From positions 1-64,000 of the forward strand of contig MCFE01000224.1 of NCBI GenBank assembly GCA_002104905.1: a stretch of DNA of 64,000 nt, in the 5' to 3' direction. This DNA comes from Basidiobolus meristosporus CBS 931.73. Its lineage: Eukaryota; Fungi; Basidiobolomycota. Below, in pieces: positions 61,827 to 64,000 of this stretch. Each line of letters opens with the position of its first letter. The first letter of the stretch is position 1. The notes beneath the pieces were generated by a model, which worked only from the letters and a program-made list of their open reading frames with translations, had not been told where the DNA came from and did no database searches. The position numbers were made by a program, and so were the translations under genes.

Positions 61827-62599
61827 GATCCCACTGACAGACAAGGCTACATTGTCAAGAGCTTAAAAGACTATCACAATGCCTTCAGTGGAATTTTGGA
61901 ACATTAATAGGTACACCAAGAGGTTGCAGCACTTCTTCAAGAGCAGTGCTCAAGAAAACATGCTGGAATATTGCAAGTATTTTTTGCAAATACTGGCAGA
62001 TGAGGTGCTAGGCCTTGCAGTGCTGGCTGAAGACCAGGATGTGTGTGAACCAGTGAATGAACAGTGGTATAAAGCCATTGGATTCCTGCCAAAGTTGCGG
62101 AACCAGAGCGTTACAGTAGGAATACTTATTAAGTGGTGAATTTTGATGGAGTTACTTGTTGAGTGTGGGGTTGGGCTTAATGTTAGTGTAGGGTATAGGG
62201 GCTTGTATAGGTCAATACAATTGGCAATTGAGGTACAACTGAAGTTTCAACAGAAATAAATCAATTTGTACACATGAAAAGTAAGAGAAATGGTTGAGTC
62301 TGGAAGTAAGGAGTGTGAAAAAGAGGCAATAGCCAATCAATGCACACAAATGTAGGAGGCAATAGAGTATTTGGGATCAGAAAGTGAGCAAATTGGCAGG
62401 GCACCAATCAAAAGCCAATTATACATTGTTGTGATGAAAAATTTTGACTAAGTTTTCTGTGAAATCTGGGGTGCCCTGATGGGATTGGTACCTCTTGGTC
62501 ACAGGACTTTACCTTTGTGACGGCCTTTTGATGGGATCATCTTAATAATTTTTCATAGGGGACTCATGAGACCTTTATTGTTGGAATTTCTTGATATTA

Positions 62600-63290
62600 G
62601 AGAAAAGTTCATTTTCGTATGTAAAGTTCTGTGATATTCCAGATCAATATATCACATCTGAGAATTCTTATTTATGGTCATAATGAGTAGAAATTCAAAT
62701 AGTTTATCTTCAATAGTGGCAGCATTCTCATATTCAGGCTTTTCTGCTGATTACCTCTCATTTTGGTGCACTGGTCAAATGTGTTGCCTTTCCTATTGCA
62801 GTAGCTGCAAAAAGGGTAGCTGTGGCCTTTGAAGGGTCTCAAGTACCATTTTTGGCTATCATTTCTGCTTGCAAAAGCACTTACTTCTTCCTTCTTGTTG
62901 ATGCCTGATTTTCTTAATTCCTCTTCAAGGAGCCCTCCATATATGCAATTTATAGTTAACTCTTGAGCAATGGACTCTAGGGCTGATGCAAGGCCCAGAA
63001 ATCTCTCAGTAAGGCTACTCAGGAGGGTACCAATAACATCTATATCAGTGGTCAGTACACCCACTTATTCCATATCATCAACCAACAGGGTAAGTTTCTA
63101 AAATAGATTATTCTAATCTTCTCCTTGTGGCATCTTTGTAGTATGCAATCTTTGTCCATTATATACTTTGTTTGCAGCTGAACTTGGCTGGCAAGTGTCC
63201 TCAAATGCTTTCAGGTATTCTCTGCAACTTTTGCTTTTTATCATCAAGGTCAGAGCAGCTACAGGCACTAGGTACTTTTGTCTAGTACTT
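62600..63290 (-). pseudogene. copia family 2 gag fragment
   Basis: SSAANK, GTLLSSL..F, GGLLEEE and CSYCNRKG knuckle-like motifs. Confidence 0.8.
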
Positions 63291-63295
63291 AAGGC

Positions 63296-63644
63296 TGTTG
63301 TACAAGTCTTGGAGATATTGGATGCAATTGGGAGGACAAGTAGATTATGTGGTTTTCACTTAATGATTTATTGAATGTAAAAGTAGTATTTATACTTTTA
63401 CATGGTCTTGGCATAACAAACATGTAGAATAGGCTAAGGAAGGTCCCAAGAATATGAGTGCAAAGTTTGGGGCTGTTTGGACAACTTTGAGAACATTAAT
63501 GTTCAGGGTACCTGATATTTTGGTGAAAACATTCTAAGTAAATCCCAGCCAGGAATTTGGTCAGTACTCTCCAGGATTTGAAGGTAGTGATCTAAGTGAC
63601 TAAGTTAGGTTAGTATTTAGGAGGAATTACAAATTTTTACGTCA
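63296..63644 (-). repeat. copia family 2 LTR
   Basis: 349 bp, homologous to 643-991; PPT at 63645-63653. Confidence 0.85.
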
Positions 63645-63655
63645 CTCCCACTCAG

Positions 63656-64000
63656 CTAAATATTCATACTGACTAGTCCTAATTTTGACCTAAGATATTC
63701 AAACTTGGCTCTAGCTAATGGTTTGGTAAATATGTCTGCAATCATTTTATCTGAAGGACAGTAAACTAAGCTAACTAAGCTACTCTCTATAGCTTCATGT
63801 ATGAAATGATGTCTAATACCTATGTGCTTAGCTCTAGCATGAAAAGTTGGACTTCTACCTAATTGTATACATCCTTGATTGTCTTGAAATGAAGTAATAG
63901 GCATTTTTTGACATTGGCCTAAGTCTGTAAAATGCTTTCTTAACCACATTGCTTCTTTTGTAGCTTCACAGGCTGCCATATACTCTGCCTCTGCGGTAGA
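63656..64000 (-). pseudogene. copia family 2 RNase H fragment (runs off the window)
   Basis: AACEATKEAMWL, QDNQGCI and ADIFTKPL motifs. Confidence 0.9.

Larger units (their letters stand above)
53900..62560. mobile_element. CACTA copy C with nested insertions
   Basis: Tnp2 on minus at 53900-58759 (split by the Pangu-like copy and ~600 bp deleted); ORF2 on plus at ~58980-62210; ends TTCATAGGG at 62560. Confidence 0.82.

Noticed and set aside
1-64000. Classic CpA-type RIP
   Set aside because: CA/TG dinucleotides are abundant and the depleted dinucleotide is CpG. Some CpA-to-TpA changes exist, so a minor contribution is not excluded without counts.
1-64000. Short ORFs in the track as host genes; Fanzor/TnpB, Helitron or tyrosine-recombinase genes
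   Set aside because: The short ORFs are antisense or alternate frames of TE sequence. I saw no RuvC/zinc-ribbon, Rep/helicase or R-H-R-Y motifs, although very decayed relics could be missed by eye.

Overview
Eukaryotic, AT-rich, strongly CpG-depleted DNA made entirely of nested transposable elements; I found no host gene, rRNA, tRNA or CRISPR array. The species cannot be identified from this window. (1) A 3.4-kb PHIS-superfamily DNA transposon, Pangu-like (AGACTTGTTCC TIRs, 3-bp ANT-type TSD), with an ISL2/DDE_Tnp_4 transposase and a divergent CpG-rich ORF of unknown function. Two young copies lie in inverted orientation (5381-8789, 54723-58148), with at least four older decayed copies and a family of short and foldback MITEs sharing its ends. 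(2) A 5.7-kb CMC/CACTA-like element (CCCTAT termini, 3-bp TSD) with a Tnp2 transposase and a divergent ~690-aa unknown ORF. One copy is complete but decayed (45559-51298); several are partial. (3) A full-length Ty1/copia element (18764-23450) with 368/369-identical LTRs, a GAGGT TSD and a half-tRNA-iMet-type PBS but a dead gag-pol, inserted into an older copy of its own family. (4) A second copia family, two degenerate Ty3/gypsy copies, solo LTRs, LINE-ORF1-like relics and a 1.2-kb repeat carrying G-tract arrays. Comparing copies shows a strong CpG-to-TpG/CpA decay process. The most unusual signal is that the young Pangu-like element has an almost CpG-free transposase gene next to a CpG-dense second gene and right end. 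All alignments and counts were done by eye; boundaries of decayed elements are approximate.
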